DNA of 64,000 nucleotides, from NCBI RefSeq assembly GCF_009914755.1, contig NC_060926.1, one strand, 5' to 3'. Source of the stretch: the human T2T-CHM13v2.0 reference genome, Homo sapiens. A program made the position numbers and the translations under genes. Under the pieces are notes generated by a model. That model saw only the letters and a program-made list of their open reading frames with translations, searched no databases and was not told the origin of the DNA. Positions within the stretch are counted from its first letter, which is position 1, and each line of letters opens with the position of its first letter. Shown one piece after another: positions 14,485-29,443 of the stretch.

Positions 14485-16470
14485 TACATGTAAACTAGTT
14501 AATCAAGACTTAGTTGACCAAGAAATTCAAGAGGAGAATCTGGCATCAAGCATGCTGTATATAGAAGTATAACTAACATCATGAAGGATCTGAGTCTTTT
14601 GTTCTGTCTCCTGAGTCTGCTTTTCTTTGAGCCAGCTTCATTCATAGGTAGGGTCTTCAAATGTAGAGGTGAGGCTGGCCACCAGCATCTCTAGACATAC
14701 ATTATTCTTAAAGCTATCATCTCTTTCCTTGTAGCTCAGCCAAGGCCTTGCCAATGACCTTAATTGGACTGACTTGGATTACGTGGTCATTCCTGACTCA
14801 ATTCATTCCTGACTCAATTCCTGTGGCCAGGCCTGAATTATATGCCCATACCTAGGGGTATCAGGACCAAGGACAGCAGCGTTGCTTTTCCCAAAGAGAT
14901 TCTGATTCTAGCCAAACATAAACCCATGTCCACTAAAGTTCCTATATAAATCATGCCTGTAACAGTAGCTTGCAACTTTCTAGAAACTGTAGGTGGAACA
15001 TAAAACAAGTTTGTTTTTCAGTCCTACATATAGATTGAATCATGGGTCTAATGTTTTAAAACTACAGTGTAATGATTTCAGCAAATCTTTACAGGGCCGA
15101 TGCTTTATTTAGCTATTCATTTAGAAGTCTAATATTTCTCAAAGGATTTTAATCACCAAAAATTAGATTAGATGAGGAAACAAAGAGAAGACACAGGCAA
15201 ATTTATTACTTTTTTTCTGGGCTCCCCCAACCCCCTTCCACTTGAAGTGCTGCTTCAAATAGGTATTTGTGTGGCCATCTATAAAGCAGCAACCTTTCAG
15301 ATTGGCAATAGACATGACAAAGTAGCATAAACAACTTATCTGCCAACTATTGATTGATAGATATTTGCTTATTTATATAATTTAGTTATATAAATGTATT
15401 CAAAGTTATGATTTGACATTCTGCAATTCCAATCTATGGGTTCTGTATAGGGATTCTACTCTTATTCATCACCAATTCTAGTACATCTGAGTATAAATTG
15501 AATTATATTTGCTACTTTCTGGGATTTGTTTATACTTCTAATGTTGTGGTTACTCTATAATAATTTTAATTTGGTGACTCAGGTTCTTTTGGAGACAAAA
15601 TAGAGTCTAAATGTGTCAACTGTTATTATTTGTTTATGGGTTTGTTCAACCACTAAACTTGAGCTTCAGGAGAGAAGATCCTGGGACTTTCTCATCTTTT
15701 TTAACCCCATGCTCATTAGAATAGTTGGCACAAGGTAGGAAATCAATGCATGCTGGCTGAATCACTGATTTCAAAGCCCTTAGAGAATTTGCTACTGAAA
15801 GAAACATTGGAAAAAAGTTTCAGTGAGTCTTCGAATAATCATTCTCTAAGTAATCTACTTTTAAAAGCTTGAGTATCTATTTACTGGATTCCTTTAAAGT
15901 AAGGTTTATACCCCACCACACAGCTAAAATTCTGTTAGAGCCTTTTTATTAATTGTTTACATGCAAAGTTGGATGAATTCTAACAAATGTTCAGAAATTA
16001 CTATATATATATATGAAGATGAGTTAAGAAAACCCCAAATGTATGAAATTTCATTAAGAGTGGACAAGATCAGATATTGTAACAAAAATTGCATGTAGTA
16101 ACTGCTCATTTGGAGTCCCCCTTTATCTACTGAAACAAAAAAAAAAAAAAAAAAAAGAAGAGAAAAGTATCCCACTCTCCTGATGGAAAAATCCAGGTTC
16201 TGAAAGCAATAAATAGACTGCAGGACATCAGCTTTCTCAAGAAACAGAGACATACTTTGGTGAAATTTAAAACAAGGATCAGATGTGTTACTTCAGTAGT
16301 GTAGGAAACTGATATGCTCAAGATTTTAGATGTCTTTAAAACAAAAACCTTACCATGCCGATAGAGGCATTACATACAATAGTAGGTAACTTTCAATTTC
16401 CAAACTGAGATGGCTTAAATAATTCCTGTGCATAAAATATACATAATTATGCTCAAATAGCCACAACTAC

Positions 16471-16762
16471 CTTTTCTTTTATGAGACAGAGGTTCACTCT
16501 TGTTGTCCAGGCTGGAGCGCCGTGCAGTCTCAGCTCACCGCAACCTCTGCCTCCCAGGGTTCAAGCGATTCTCCTGCCTCAGCCTCCTGAGTAACTGGGA
16601 TTACAGGGCCCACCACCATGCCCAGCTAATTTTTTGTGTTTTTAGTAGAGACAGGGTTTCACCATGTTGGCCAGGCTGGTCTCGAACTCCTGACCTCAAG
16701 CAACCCACCTGCCTCAGTATCTGAAATTGCTGAGATTACAGGTGTGAGCCACCACGCCAGCC
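16471..16762 (-). mobile_element. AluS (Sq/Sp-like) SINE
   Basis: Full antisense Alu with cactcttgttg diagnostic. Confidence 0.93.
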
Positions 16763-18186
16763 TACCTCTTGAATTAAATTATGGACATTTAGAAATGAGG
16801 CTCCATGTGCATTTTATGTACTAATGCTATGATTCTTAAAACTCAAATTTACTGTATTTATGTAGCTCATTAGACGTTGAAAGGTTGACATGGTGAAACA
16901 GTTCTGATGGTCTCCAAGAAGCATATACAATCTAAAAAAGCATAGGGAAGATTTCACTTAAATGTGGATCACAGTTGCCTCAGACCCACTCCTCACGCAG
17001 GCTACATCTGCACAGCCTGTAATAAAGTATAGTAATAATTGTACTTTATATCATAGTTAATAAGGAAATGGCAAACATGTATCATAACATTAAGTGGGAG
17101 ATGAAAGAATAGTTAAAAAGTTAAGAATATATTTTTGGTTGATTCCAACTCTAAAGTGATGTTTTCATTGTTATCAACAAACAGATCCCCCAGATTTTGT
17201 CAGCCCCATGCTGTGTTTTGCTCAGTCTTGTCTGAGCTTTATGGAAACTTCTTTTGTCTTTATCTTGGACAACAAACAGAGGTGGTTATAGCTTCATGTT
17301 ATAACTTTTTAAATGAGCAGAAAGTATATTTTTCCCTTTGTTTATCTGGATTGTAATCAGAAAGTAGCCTATACATTTACTTCTACGTGATGATAGATTA
17401 TCATTTGTTTCATTAACCAGCGTGGCGTGTATCTGCATCTTCATATCAAAAGTGTTGGTTTGCTTAGACAGTGTGACTTCTGTGAAGGAACCAGACCGAG
17501 GCATTTAGCAGCTTTGTATCCTCAGATTTTTTTAATACGCCCTGGGATTTGTACTTTGACAGATATTAAACTCCATAACTTCGATCAGTAATCCTTCAGA
17601 AGTATTGTTATATTTTTTATAATAAAAAAGGTAAAATAAATTGCCATGCTTTATGATCCAGAGCCAATAAGACCCTTTGAAATTAAAGGCATTTCCTCTT
17701 GATTTGTCATTTTCCTAGGAAAGCTTGAAGAAAGGTACCAATTATTTCTGACAGGCAGCAAGGGAATTTTGAGCAGCATTCCATTAACATGTTTTTGGTC
17801 ATTTGTCAGCTTATCTGTATGGTCTGCTAATGCTCAGTACTAATTAACAAAACTCTGAAGAAGGTGAAAAAAAGAATCACCTAAGCTCAATCAAACTAGA
17901 ATAAAACTGAAAGAAGCTGAGAAAGACCTTGCTCTCTCAGAGACAAATCCCTGCAAGAAAGCCCCAGAAATTGGAGTTGTAGGCAGAATTATAAACATGT
18001 TTGGGTTTTTTCCATAATCCTTATGTGTTCTGGCCTGTTAGAGTATGCTATAGATTGAAAAGTAGAATGAATCTGAGATAAAGTTGATGAATGCATTTAA
18101 TATGTTTATTTTTGTGTCTAAACTATGGTACTCACCACATTCAGTATTTAATCATATCATCACATATTGAGTTTTTTATTAAACTG

Positions 18187-18526
18187 TGTATTAGTCCATT
18201 CTCATGATACTATGAAGAAATACCTGAGACTGTGTAATTTATAAAGAAAAGAGGTTTACTTGATTCACAGTTCCACAAGGCTGGGGGGCGCCTCAGGAAA
18301 TCATCGCGAAAGGCATCTCTTCACAGGGTGGCAGGAGAGAGAAGTGCAGAGTGAAAGGGGGAAAAGACCCTTATAAAACTGTCAGATCTTGGGCGAACTT
18401 ACTATCACGAGAATAGCATGGGGGAACTGGCCTCATGATCTAATCTCCTCCCTCCCCCAACATGGGGATTGCAATTCAGATTACAATTTAAGATAAGATT
18501 TGGGTGGGGACACAGAGCTAGACCCA
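18187..18526 (-). mobile_element. THE1D/MSTA-like MaLR solo LTR
   Basis: tgtattagtccattctc...tttataaagaaaagaggtt...gatttgggtggggacacagagc. Confidence 0.88.
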
Positions 18527-19509
18527 ACTTGCTTTCCCATAGTTTTTTCTTTCATTAATTTTTACCAACTTCTTTAGTACACGTTAAAGGCACTTGTCTG
18601 GGAGTTGGCAAGTGTTGTAAATTTTGTTGTAAATGTTTACAGAGCAACCTTGACATGAAGAATGCTCTCACACTCTCCATTATCACCCTAAAACATACTT
18701 GGCAGTGTATGTGTGTGTGTGGGTTGGGGGGGCACATGTGCATACAAGTGTGAGAGGGAGCATTATTTACCTTTAAGTATTGTATAAATAGCCAAATAAA
18801 ATTTACTAATGTACAATCTCCTTGGGTTAAGCACTTGGCTAAGATATATCATACTGAAAGGGAATTTTTGTCACTATTGTTACAAATGGCAGAATTCCAG
18901 GAGGTTATAATGAGGCTGTCTACTCAACCTGAGTTACCTTATTATGACTCCAATGCTCGAATCCTTCTCTTAGTTGGGGTTTGTTTTTTATCTGAGCAAA
19001 CTCTGCTGCTGTGTTTAACCGGGCTCCGTTCTTGTTCGTAGCAGTGGTTCATTTTTAGTGCTGTGGTGTAGCGTCTGATATTTACAAAGGCTAATTTGAA
19101 GGAGTAATAAATGATACAGATTGAACCTTGGTGACACTCTGCTTTCACATTTGTTAAGGGATAAAATATGGATGATTAGAAGAAATCAATTTCGAAAGCC
19201 AGCGGACTTTTGGTATTCACCACTTTCATGTGTGGCTCATAGGTGGTCAGCCTGGCTCACTGGATAGAAGAACACGTAGGGCTCTGGGGCCTCGGCCCCA
19301 GTGATGAGTGAAGGGTTCATTTCCCTTCTCAGTGCAGAAGATATGCATTGGAAATCTGCAGGACAATAGGTAAATGGTCGATGGTCATGGATTTGGGACC
19401 TATATCAGATCTATATCAGAGACTTGGCTAACATGTGCATCCTCCAAGTTTAGGTGAATCTAATTTTTGGTGGTATGAGAAATATTTTTTTAAGATTAAG
19501 AGAACTGGG

Positions 19510-19830
19510 GGCCAGGTGCAGTGGCTCATGCCTGTAATCCCAGGGCTTTGGGAGCCCAAGGTGAGTGGATAACTTGAGGTCAGGAGTTCGAGACCAGCCT
19601 GGCCAACATGACGAAACCCTATCTCTACTAAAAAAAAAAAAAAAAAAAGAAAAAAAAATTAGCTGGGTGTGGTGGTGCATGCTTGTAATCCTAGCTACTC
19701 AGGAGGCTGAGGAACAAGAATTGCTTGAACTCTGGGAAGCAGAAGTTGCAGTGAGCCAAGATGACACCACTGCACTCCAGCCTGGGTGACAGAGTTAAGA
19801 CTCTGACTCAAAAAAAAAAAAAAAAAAAAA
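19510..19830 (+). mobile_element. AluS SINE with expanded central A-linker
   Basis: Full Alu; TSD AGAGAACTGG on both sides; A-rich linker of ~28 nt. Confidence 0.95.
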
Positions 19831-21769
19831 GAGAGAACTGGAATGTTTCTAGCCACTAGCCCCTATGTAATTGCCACATTTTTTGGCCTGTTTCTTGATT
19901 TGAATCCCTGTATTTTGATGCCTTCCTTATGAACTTTTTTGTAGAATAGAATAGCTTATTATAAATTTTGATTTGGAGGGTAGTATGTGATATGTATTGC
20001 AAAACTTTTTACTGTGCTTCCTGTAATAATGTTATTGAGAACATTGTCTTCTATCTGTGGTCTCCAGGAATACTTGGGCTTCTTCTGAGAAGCTGTTATA
20101 ATTTCTTTTTATGCCTACCATGAGTAATATAACAAATTGTTCTTTCCTTTTTGAACTGACCTCTATAAAACTGAATTTGTGGCCCATATATAAGAAGAGG
20201 AAATTTCAGGGGTGTGTTTCATGAGTATATGAGCTCAATCCAGTTTTATCTTTTTTTTTCCTACTTACATTTAATCTGTTGCCCTGAAACTTCACCTACT
20301 TGTTTTAATAATGTTAATTGGAATATGTCTCTGAAAACTTCCTTAAATTATTTTTGAAAAAAGGTGATTATAAAAAAGCCAATTTTAAAAGCTATGTTAT
20401 TCCTTAATTCTCATGAGTAGTTGTCCTTTGTTTTCTAAAGTTTCATCTTTCTAGAGGATAACAGAGAGCAGCTACAGTAACAGGGCCAACCTTGTGAATA
20501 GATAAGGAGGAGAAAGATGTGGCAATGCATGGAAATTCCTAATATCTCTTCCCTTTGCTCTCTTGTAAAAGTCCCAGGAAAGGCAGTTGCATTCATTCCT
20601 GTGGAAGGAAGGAAGTTCTGAGAGTGTGGAGAAGGAGAGTGAGAACACTGGAGAAGGAAGATGAGTAATAATTAAAAAGGGGCATCAGAAAGCAGAATGT
20701 GAAGGATGTTAAGGACCAAGACTGTTAGTATCCTTCTTGCTGCTCTTAGAACACGTCCAGATGCTTCTTCGACCCCTGCTCCTGGCACAATTGTACAGTG
20801 ATTAATGGGTGATGAGTTAATATCCCCAAATATCTTCTATTTTCTTCATTATTCACATGATTGCTGAAATCAAACAAGCAAACCAACAGGAAAACTTCTT
20901 CAAACCCCAGTTTTGTTGCTTAATGATACCATTTTCTTTATTCTAAATTTCAAAAAGATACAGAAGTTTTACATTTATTTCTAAATGAAAGTATATTTTC
21001 ATTTTTTGGAATAATTCATAACAATAGCTTTGGAAGCGGTTTTTGTACTTTCATTGTTGTCATCTGTGTAATATTTGCCATAGCTGGAGTAGGGAAGACT
21101 TAGAAGGCATGCCTTTCTTCATGTTGATTGTTTTAGGCTGTAAACCTTCATTTTTGATTTCCATAATCACTGCTAGGTATTGTTCTCTTTCAGGCTTATG
21201 TCCCAATGGGACATGTATGAAAGCCATCAGAAATATATTTCACACACTCTGAAATTGTGTTTTCACAAAAACATAACTATAAAAATAAAATTTGGGAAGA
21301 TGAGCACCATCCATGTTGATATGTAACATTAAGATCAGTTTATAGCTAGCTTAAAAAAATAACTATCAGAACTTGGAAGAGAAGAATATTTTAAGTTTTT
21401 AAATCAATATTTAATTTAACTGAAATAGGGTGTCCTTCTTGCCTAGCGAGTACTTAAAATGAAGCCTCCACCATGCTTCTGTGTTTGTGTAACCACTGAA
21501 AACAGCTTGGCAGGTTCTCCTCGGCCCTACCTATATGAGGCTATGGATGTCAGAACTTACCACAAAGCTAGTTACTGCAGGCTCACAAAGTTGTGATAAC
21601 TCATTATGTGAAATTGCTCTCAGTTGCTCTCATTTCCTGCTCAAGGAATGTTCTTCCTTGTTCAAAACCTTGAGTTTCTCTCAAGGCAAAAAATTCCTGC
21701 CGTATCAAGCAGATTTTAAGCTGAGCTAAAGCTTGCAGGAAAACACAACCAACCACTGTGCATGATGCT

Positions 21770-21985
21770 GAGGGCAGCATCATCAGCAGAGTGAGAACAT
21801 GGACTCTTAGCCTACTGTCTGCGTTCAAATACTGTCCCACAGTATTCGCCTCTCCAAGATGTTTTGTATGCCTCATTTTCCTTATCTGTAGATGGGAATA
21901 TACTGCTACCAACCTCAAAGAATTTTTATGTGGAATAAGTGAGTTTTAACACATGTAAACTGCTAGGACAGTGCCTAGATCTGGT
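21770..21985 (+). mobile_element. MIR SINE
   Basis: tgcctcattttccttatctgtagatgggaata...catgtaaactgctaggacagtgcct. Confidence 0.8.
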
Positions 21986-22215
21986 GTTATACATGTATTT
22001 TTCATATGAATTAGCAAAAGATGTTTAGGTGCTGTTCATCCATTCTCTCTCTTCTTAAAACTTGGAAGCTGTTTTTTATCTGACATCCCTGCCACAGCCT
22101 TTTGAAAGATTAATAGAGAGTCATTATTCAAAAAAACCTCCCAATCTCAAATGAACTATTTTATTATATTTTCTGTTTCAGCAGTGAGACCTTGGAAAGA
22201 ATACTTTGACTATAA

Positions 22216-22766
<551 letters not shown>

Positions 22767-23324
22767 GTTAGGAGTATCAGTACAGTATTAGAGTCTTTCC
22801 CAAACTAAATCTTTTAGTATATTTCTTGATTTTTGCCACATCTGCTTACTGCCCATTTCATATTTTCTTTAAATAGAGCCTTCATTTTTTTGGCTAAGAA
22901 TATTTTATAAAAGAAGCTTTACGTTATCCTAAAAGAAAAATTAGTAAAACATGATAGGAATAGAAAATATTTAAGAAAGCAAATTGCTTAAAACAAATCA
23001 ACTTGTTATTAAATTTTGGGGGAATACTACTCCCTGCAGTCTGAGATCTACTCTCTTAGGTAATGAAGGAGATTTTCAGTTGTTGGATAGATGATAAATA
23101 CATTTGTGGCATCAAATTGAAACTTTAATCTTGCCGTAATCAGAGTACTAAATGAAAATTCAAAAAGGAAGGTATAATTTTCTTATTATATGTGATTTGT
23201 GCCATTTAATGACACCTACAAGTATACCCTACAATAGTTTTGAATATCACCCCTAATCTTGTATATCTGCAGTGATACACCTTCTGCGCTTTCAGAAACA
23301 CTGGAAAAACAGTGGCAATGATAA

Positions 23325-23525
23325 TGCCAGCTAATGCCAGTTCATATGTATTTAGACATTCTTTGCCAGGTGCTATTCTAGGAATTCTGCATGTGCGAAC
23401 TTAGCTCCCACAACAACCTCTGAGATAGTTTCTACTCTGTTCCCTTTGTACAGATGTGACAGCTAAGACAGACAGAAGCTGGTAACTTGCTCAAGGTCCA
23501 GAGCTAATAGACAGCAGCGCTGGCA
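23325..23525 (-). mobile_element. MIR SINE
   Basis: gccaggtgctattcta...cacaacaacctctgagatag...gtacagatg...gtaacttgctcaaggtc. Confidence 0.8.
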
Positions 23526-23772
23526 ATGAGGCAGTGATTGAGGGTAAGCAATACAGGATTAGCCACCAATTGTGTGTAGAAAACTTGACATCATTTGTGA
23601 CTTCTCACCTGTGTTCTCTGTATTGTAGATATTTTCATAGGAAATTGGGAGAAGTTTTATTAGAAACTACTAGCTTATTAAGGAACTACTTTATTATTTT
23701 ATCTTTCTGAAATGGTAGTTTCTCTTTTCTTCTTTGAGAGTGTTGAGAATGGATATTAATGAATAAAAAATC

Positions 23773-24090
<318 letters not shown>

Positions 24091-24751
24091 GGAAAGAATG
24101 ATAACTAGATGCCTTTATTTTCTGCTAAAATGGTGGTTTTTAAAAAAACTGCAAAATGTTGAATTTTGTAAAGATACAATAAAATTCTTGAGATTATATA
24201 TTACATTCATAAGCTTATGGTGGCAATGTAATTTGATAGGACTTCTTTTGTTAAATAATTTTAAAATGTGTTTTAAAGACCACAAAAACTAGGAAATAAG
24301 GAGTTTATTTCCTTAAACTCCAGATTCAACTTTGGGGACTCTATTGTGAGGATGTAATGCTAATGATGTTAAAAATGAAGATATTTTGGAAACAAACAGA
24401 AATCAATACAAGCTTTGAAATTGAATAGACTCCGGAATGTGACTCTGTTGCCTGATTCAAGTGAAACATCAACAGATTGAAGGCATAGCATCTGAACCAA
24501 AGGGTAGAGGAATTGGTGTTTTTACTTAGAGGGAGGTAATTATGTGGATCAGTGAGCATTCCCACCTCAGTTTAGGCTTTCGAGTTTTCAGTGGTAGCAC
24601 GTTTGGTAAGAACTGTAGCGGTGTATGACAGAGCCAGGCTACATTTGTTTCCTAGCTCTGCCTCTGAATGGTTTTAGGAGCCTCAGTTTCTAATCATTAA
24701 GCAGAGATAAAAATGCCTTTCTTTTTAGGAGTATTAAAATAAGACAATGTA

Positions 24752-25123
<372 letters not shown>

Positions 25124-25389
25124 TCATCTCTCGTTTGGCTTTCTTTGACGTCTAATGGGGTAAGGAAGACCAAAGTATTTGGGGCTGAGTAACGCAGGTG
25201 GGAGTGTTTGTCTTGCCTTTGGTGTGACAGTTCTCTTTGTGATGTGGAAAAAGTATTTTTGACTTTTTGCCACCAAACATTAAATTTGATTTAAATTTCA
25301 AGTGCAGTGACAAATAATCTTCAGTTATAGGCAAACAACAAATAACTCAATTTGAGATTCTGTTTGGTCCTTAGGAACAAAACTAATTG

Positions 25390-25580
25390 AAACCAGGTTC
25401 TGACATTTACTTGCCCTGAGACTTTGAGTAAGTTAAACTTTCTATACTTCAGTTTCCTCATCCTTAAAATGGGGGTAATAAGGGTATATCACTCAGAGAG
25501 CTAGGAAAATTTAATTATTAATTTTATAGATTTATAACACTGTCTGGAACATATAAGCACTCTATATGTATTGATTGTTG
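25390..25580 (+). mobile_element. MIR SINE
   Basis: gactttgagtaagtta...cagtttcctcatccttaaaatgggggtaataa. Confidence 0.8.
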
Positions 25581-26624
25581 CATAAAATACTTTCATGTAT
25601 CTGAAAAATGTGAATGAGGCAATAATTTTTACACTTCTTGAAGCTGTTGGTAAATGTTTTATCATCATGCCACAAATTTTCCATATTTGAGTTCTTAAAT
25701 GGTGAGAAGGGCTAGATTAGACTCTCCTGCCTTTAGTTCTTGGTCTTCAGGAAGTACATAATATGTTATCTTGTTGTCAAGGTAACAGGATTCAAGATGG
25801 TTTTATAAAATGAGAATGGGCTCATTTAAAAAAATGTCAGGAAATGCTTTAGAGAAGGAAGTGTCTTAATAACAGGCTTTATTGAAGCAAAAGTGTCTAA
25901 ATCTCATTGAAGGCAGAGAATCGATTGCAGTTTCACTGCCTTATTGAAAGCAGCCTGTATTTTCAAACAAGAGCTTGGCATTTAATATCCCCACAATAAT
26001 GAGGCAGAACTTTTGAGAGTGTGAACTGTGAGGAGCTGGTAAAGATTTTTTTTTTCCCTGGAAAAAGACACAAAATAGCAGTAGATTTCAGTGACTCATG
26101 ATGGCGGGGGGAGTGATTCGTGAAGGGATTTGACAGAATGAGTCTTAGCAGTATGAGGAGTGTATCCATATAGTCATTTTCACCTAGCTTCATTATGTGA
26201 ATTCTGGAACCAACTACTCGTGTTCTAAGCCAAAGATTAATGATAATAAAACAAATTTCAGGAAATCTAATTTGGAAACATATAACCTCATTTACATGTC
26301 ACCCAATTTAAATTGGTCAGAAGAAGGATCTCTGCTATTTTGGCTTTGTACCAGGCATCCATTAGGTATAAGAAAAATTATATGTATTCTCTTTTTATGA
26401 TCCCAAGAAAAGAGAAGTATATGAGAAAAGAGGTAAGATATATGAGGGTTTTACAGCTTTATTGTTTGTATTTTTAATCTTCATTTAGTACATACACTCT
26501 TTAGTTAATCTGACAACTGTACACTAAAACCAAAAAACATTGGCTTCTCCTAATTGTGAGTGGAACAGTTAGAGTATTGATTGTAAGAAATAGAAATTAA
26601 AATTAAGAAATTTTAATTAATTAA

Positions 26625-26925
<301 letters not shown>

Positions 26926-27055
26926 TAATTTTTAATTAATTAAACACTAAAAAGAAGTCAGCCCTGCTGGAGACCAGCACTGGACTTTGTGCTGATGACA
27001 GGTGCCACCTCAAATGATTCTAGCCATTCTCTTTTTTGTATTATTTGCTCCAGAG

Positions 27056-27344
27056 GTGGGAGGCAACCAATCAGAGGCTGAAGTGAAGTTACAAAGTTAC
27101 ACCCTATGCAAATGAAGACTTGGCCTGTGACCAGTCTGATTGGTTGTGGGAGGGGACCAGTCAGATGTACTTGACATTTTTCCTCTGTGACACAGTGGAA
27201 AGGGGATTGTTGCAAAGGGTGTAGCCTCTGATCCTTTTGTGAGTTGGGTGTGGAGAAGTGCGGTTTTTCTTTTGATTCAGTTCTAGGAAGTCAGCATGAA
27301 TCAGCCTTAGGTTCCTTGCCTCCAGACCCTATTCTCCTGCCTCA
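27056..27344 (-). repeat. 3' LTR (MER51-like), truncated to U3
   Basis: 27096-27344 aligns to 36373-36622 (~36 differences in ~250 nt, hand count); no R/U5 counterpart. Confidence 0.9.
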
Positions 27345-27479
27345 TTTCCCCGTGAGAAATGTGATCCCCATAAATCTTTATGGGAGGCAGAGGGACTGAT
27401 GTTTTTCTTCTGTAACTGCTTCATGCTGACTTGAAGTGCAGTCCCTACCTACTGGGGATCATGGAATTCTTTCCCTGTT

Positions 27480-29200
27480 CTGTCTAGTGGAGACAGGGTA
27501 GCTTCTTGATGGCTGTGATGGTGCCTTCACCAGGAACTGGCTGGAAACCTTGTCACATGATCATCTGAAGCTTGATGGTCTCTAGGCGAGAGAAAATAAA
27601 TTTGATTAAAAGATTTAACAAACATGGTCCAAAGACCGAGGCATGTATAATTATTAATAATTGGCTGGCCAGAGGAAGGAGCTATGAACCCAACTTAGCA
27701 CTTTTGATCAGGAGCCCATGACTCAGACAGCTGTTGTATCTTAGAGTCCCAATCGGCTAGTTTTTGGGCAGCATCTCTACTAATCCTAATTGGTTGACCT
27801 AAAAACAGCATTTTTACTCTAGAAAAAGACATAGGCACCCCTTTTCAGCAGCCAGAAGATCTGGTTCACTTCTATTTTGCAAAGTGACTGCTGCTAAGGA
27901 GTCTATTTTATTTTGTATGGTGACAGTACTTTGGGCCGTGTCATTCAAGCGTTCCATAAAATCCTTGGACAAATGTTGGCAATAGGATAAGGAAGTTGCA
28001 AGTCTGCTAACTCTAGTTCCTAATCCCACTGTTATTCCTAGCTCTACCAAACGGAGTATGAGTTGGATGGCACATTTGTGTCTGGTAGTTGAGGTTAAAG
28101 GCATAATGAGGGATTGGTTGTTGGGAGCTATATTAATTTTGGAGGCTAAATAAACAAGTGTACAGGTTCCAGGTTAATTGGCTGGTAAGCATAAGTAGAA
28201 ACTGATCCTGCACAGGAAAAAGACTCCTTGTTTTTCAGACAAAAATTGTTTCTTATGGTGAACATATGGGATAGCTTGTTTTCACTTTCCCAAGTGGTTA
28301 AGGTCCCTGCTAAGGTAGCCCTGGTTAAAGACTGGAAAGGACTTTGGGAAGTATCCTGAGTTGCCCCAGCAGTCGTGTTTTCCCAGTAGAAGTTGTTACA
28401 CTTAGAGTCCACTAACAACCACCCAGAGGTATTTTCATACTGGGGAACCAAAAGGCAACTGATGTCTCAGAATTAGTGCAGTCTTCCCAAGGCAAAATGT
28501 AGCTAGTGGGCTTACTTTGACAGTACTTATACTGTATATCCTTTAAAGTGCCCTTATCTAGGAATGGTTTCCATGAAAACCATACAGGTTTTCTAAATGA
28601 TGCAGTTTGGGTAACTGCGTAGCTTACATGATTATGTGAGGGGTTAATCTCTAGGGTGCAGTTACATTGATGACTTTTCAAGTTTCCCAGGGCCTGACCA
28701 GAAATGTGGCTTCTCTTAATACAAAGTGGTGCCTGGAATTTTAGCTCGGTGTGCATTGATATTGGGCCTCAAATGGGTTTCTGTAGGGATGCATTCCCAG
28801 AAACGTTGCTCTGATAGGACTGGAGGAGGTGCTGGTCCTGTCTTTGTAGCCCTTGTCATTTCCATAATTTTGAAGTCATGTAAGTCATCCAGGCCTATTA
28901 ACTTGAAGGGAGTTCCTCCCTTGTAGTTAGGGTGATAGGTTATTTTTTCAAGGGCCCCAGATTGGGCTGGGATTGGGATGGCAGTGTATTTGGATGATTA
29001 TGGAGATAAAGAAAGCCAGGAGTCCTTTTTCAGAGCTGAGCCGGTGGTATTGAATAGTCTTTGTGTTGAATTTAAAGTTCTTAATAAATACCCAGAATCC
29101 ATTAATAGCCGGAGGGGTAAAGTGAAGCTCTATTGTAAAATAAGGCTGATTCCCGGTATGCATCTTCTCAGTATACACAGGCTGTGGGTGACACGATAGA
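27480..29200 (-). pseudogene. env: Retroviral env remnant (gamma-type SU-TM)
   Basis: TLNSTQRLFNTTGSALKKDSWLSLSP (CWLC position); furin site RHKC; fusion peptide; ISD LQNRSEPDLLAAEKGCL; CX6CC as CLFLE*KCC; FGPC; several stops and frameshifts. Confidence 0.92.
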
Positions 29201-29443
29201 ACAAAAAAATACTTATATGTTATTTTGTTCTATAGAATGGGAACTTCAGGGGGCGGATACCTATGCTGTCAGGAATTCTTGTTATAAAAATGAATTAAAA
29301 CTCTCTGCTTAATTATTACAAAGGAAGTGATTCCATCCACCTGGAAGAAGGCAATTAAATTGCAAAAATATAAAAATGGCTACTATTATCCAGCCTACAG
29401 TAACTATGCAACAGAGACACCAAGGAAGTTGGTAGGCATTTAC

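Larger units (their letters stand above)
14050..14935 (-). mobile_element. MLT1K/L-like MaLR LTR, split by (CA)n and MER2
   Basis: tgtgttaatcagaactctgggttgtag... start and ...tgtccacta end; MLT1 motifs resume after MER2. Confidence 0.6.

Noticed and set aside
16100-16165. Isolated ~20-nt poly-A as a retrocopy tail
   Set aside because: No adjacent AATAAA, TSD or recognisable upstream coding sequence
17700-17740. Possible 16-nt micro-exon (ttttcctag GAAAGCTTGAAGAAAG gtacca)
   Set aside because: Weak donor, not frame-preserving; such motifs are common by chance
19400-19420. 11-bp tandem repeat ctatatcaga(t)
   Set aside because: Ordinary slippage-scale duplication with no evident motif
27480-29200. 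env as a domesticated syncytin-like gene
   Set aside because: Multiple stops and frameshifts; furin site, CXXC and ISD are degenerate; longest ORF piece is ~114 aa
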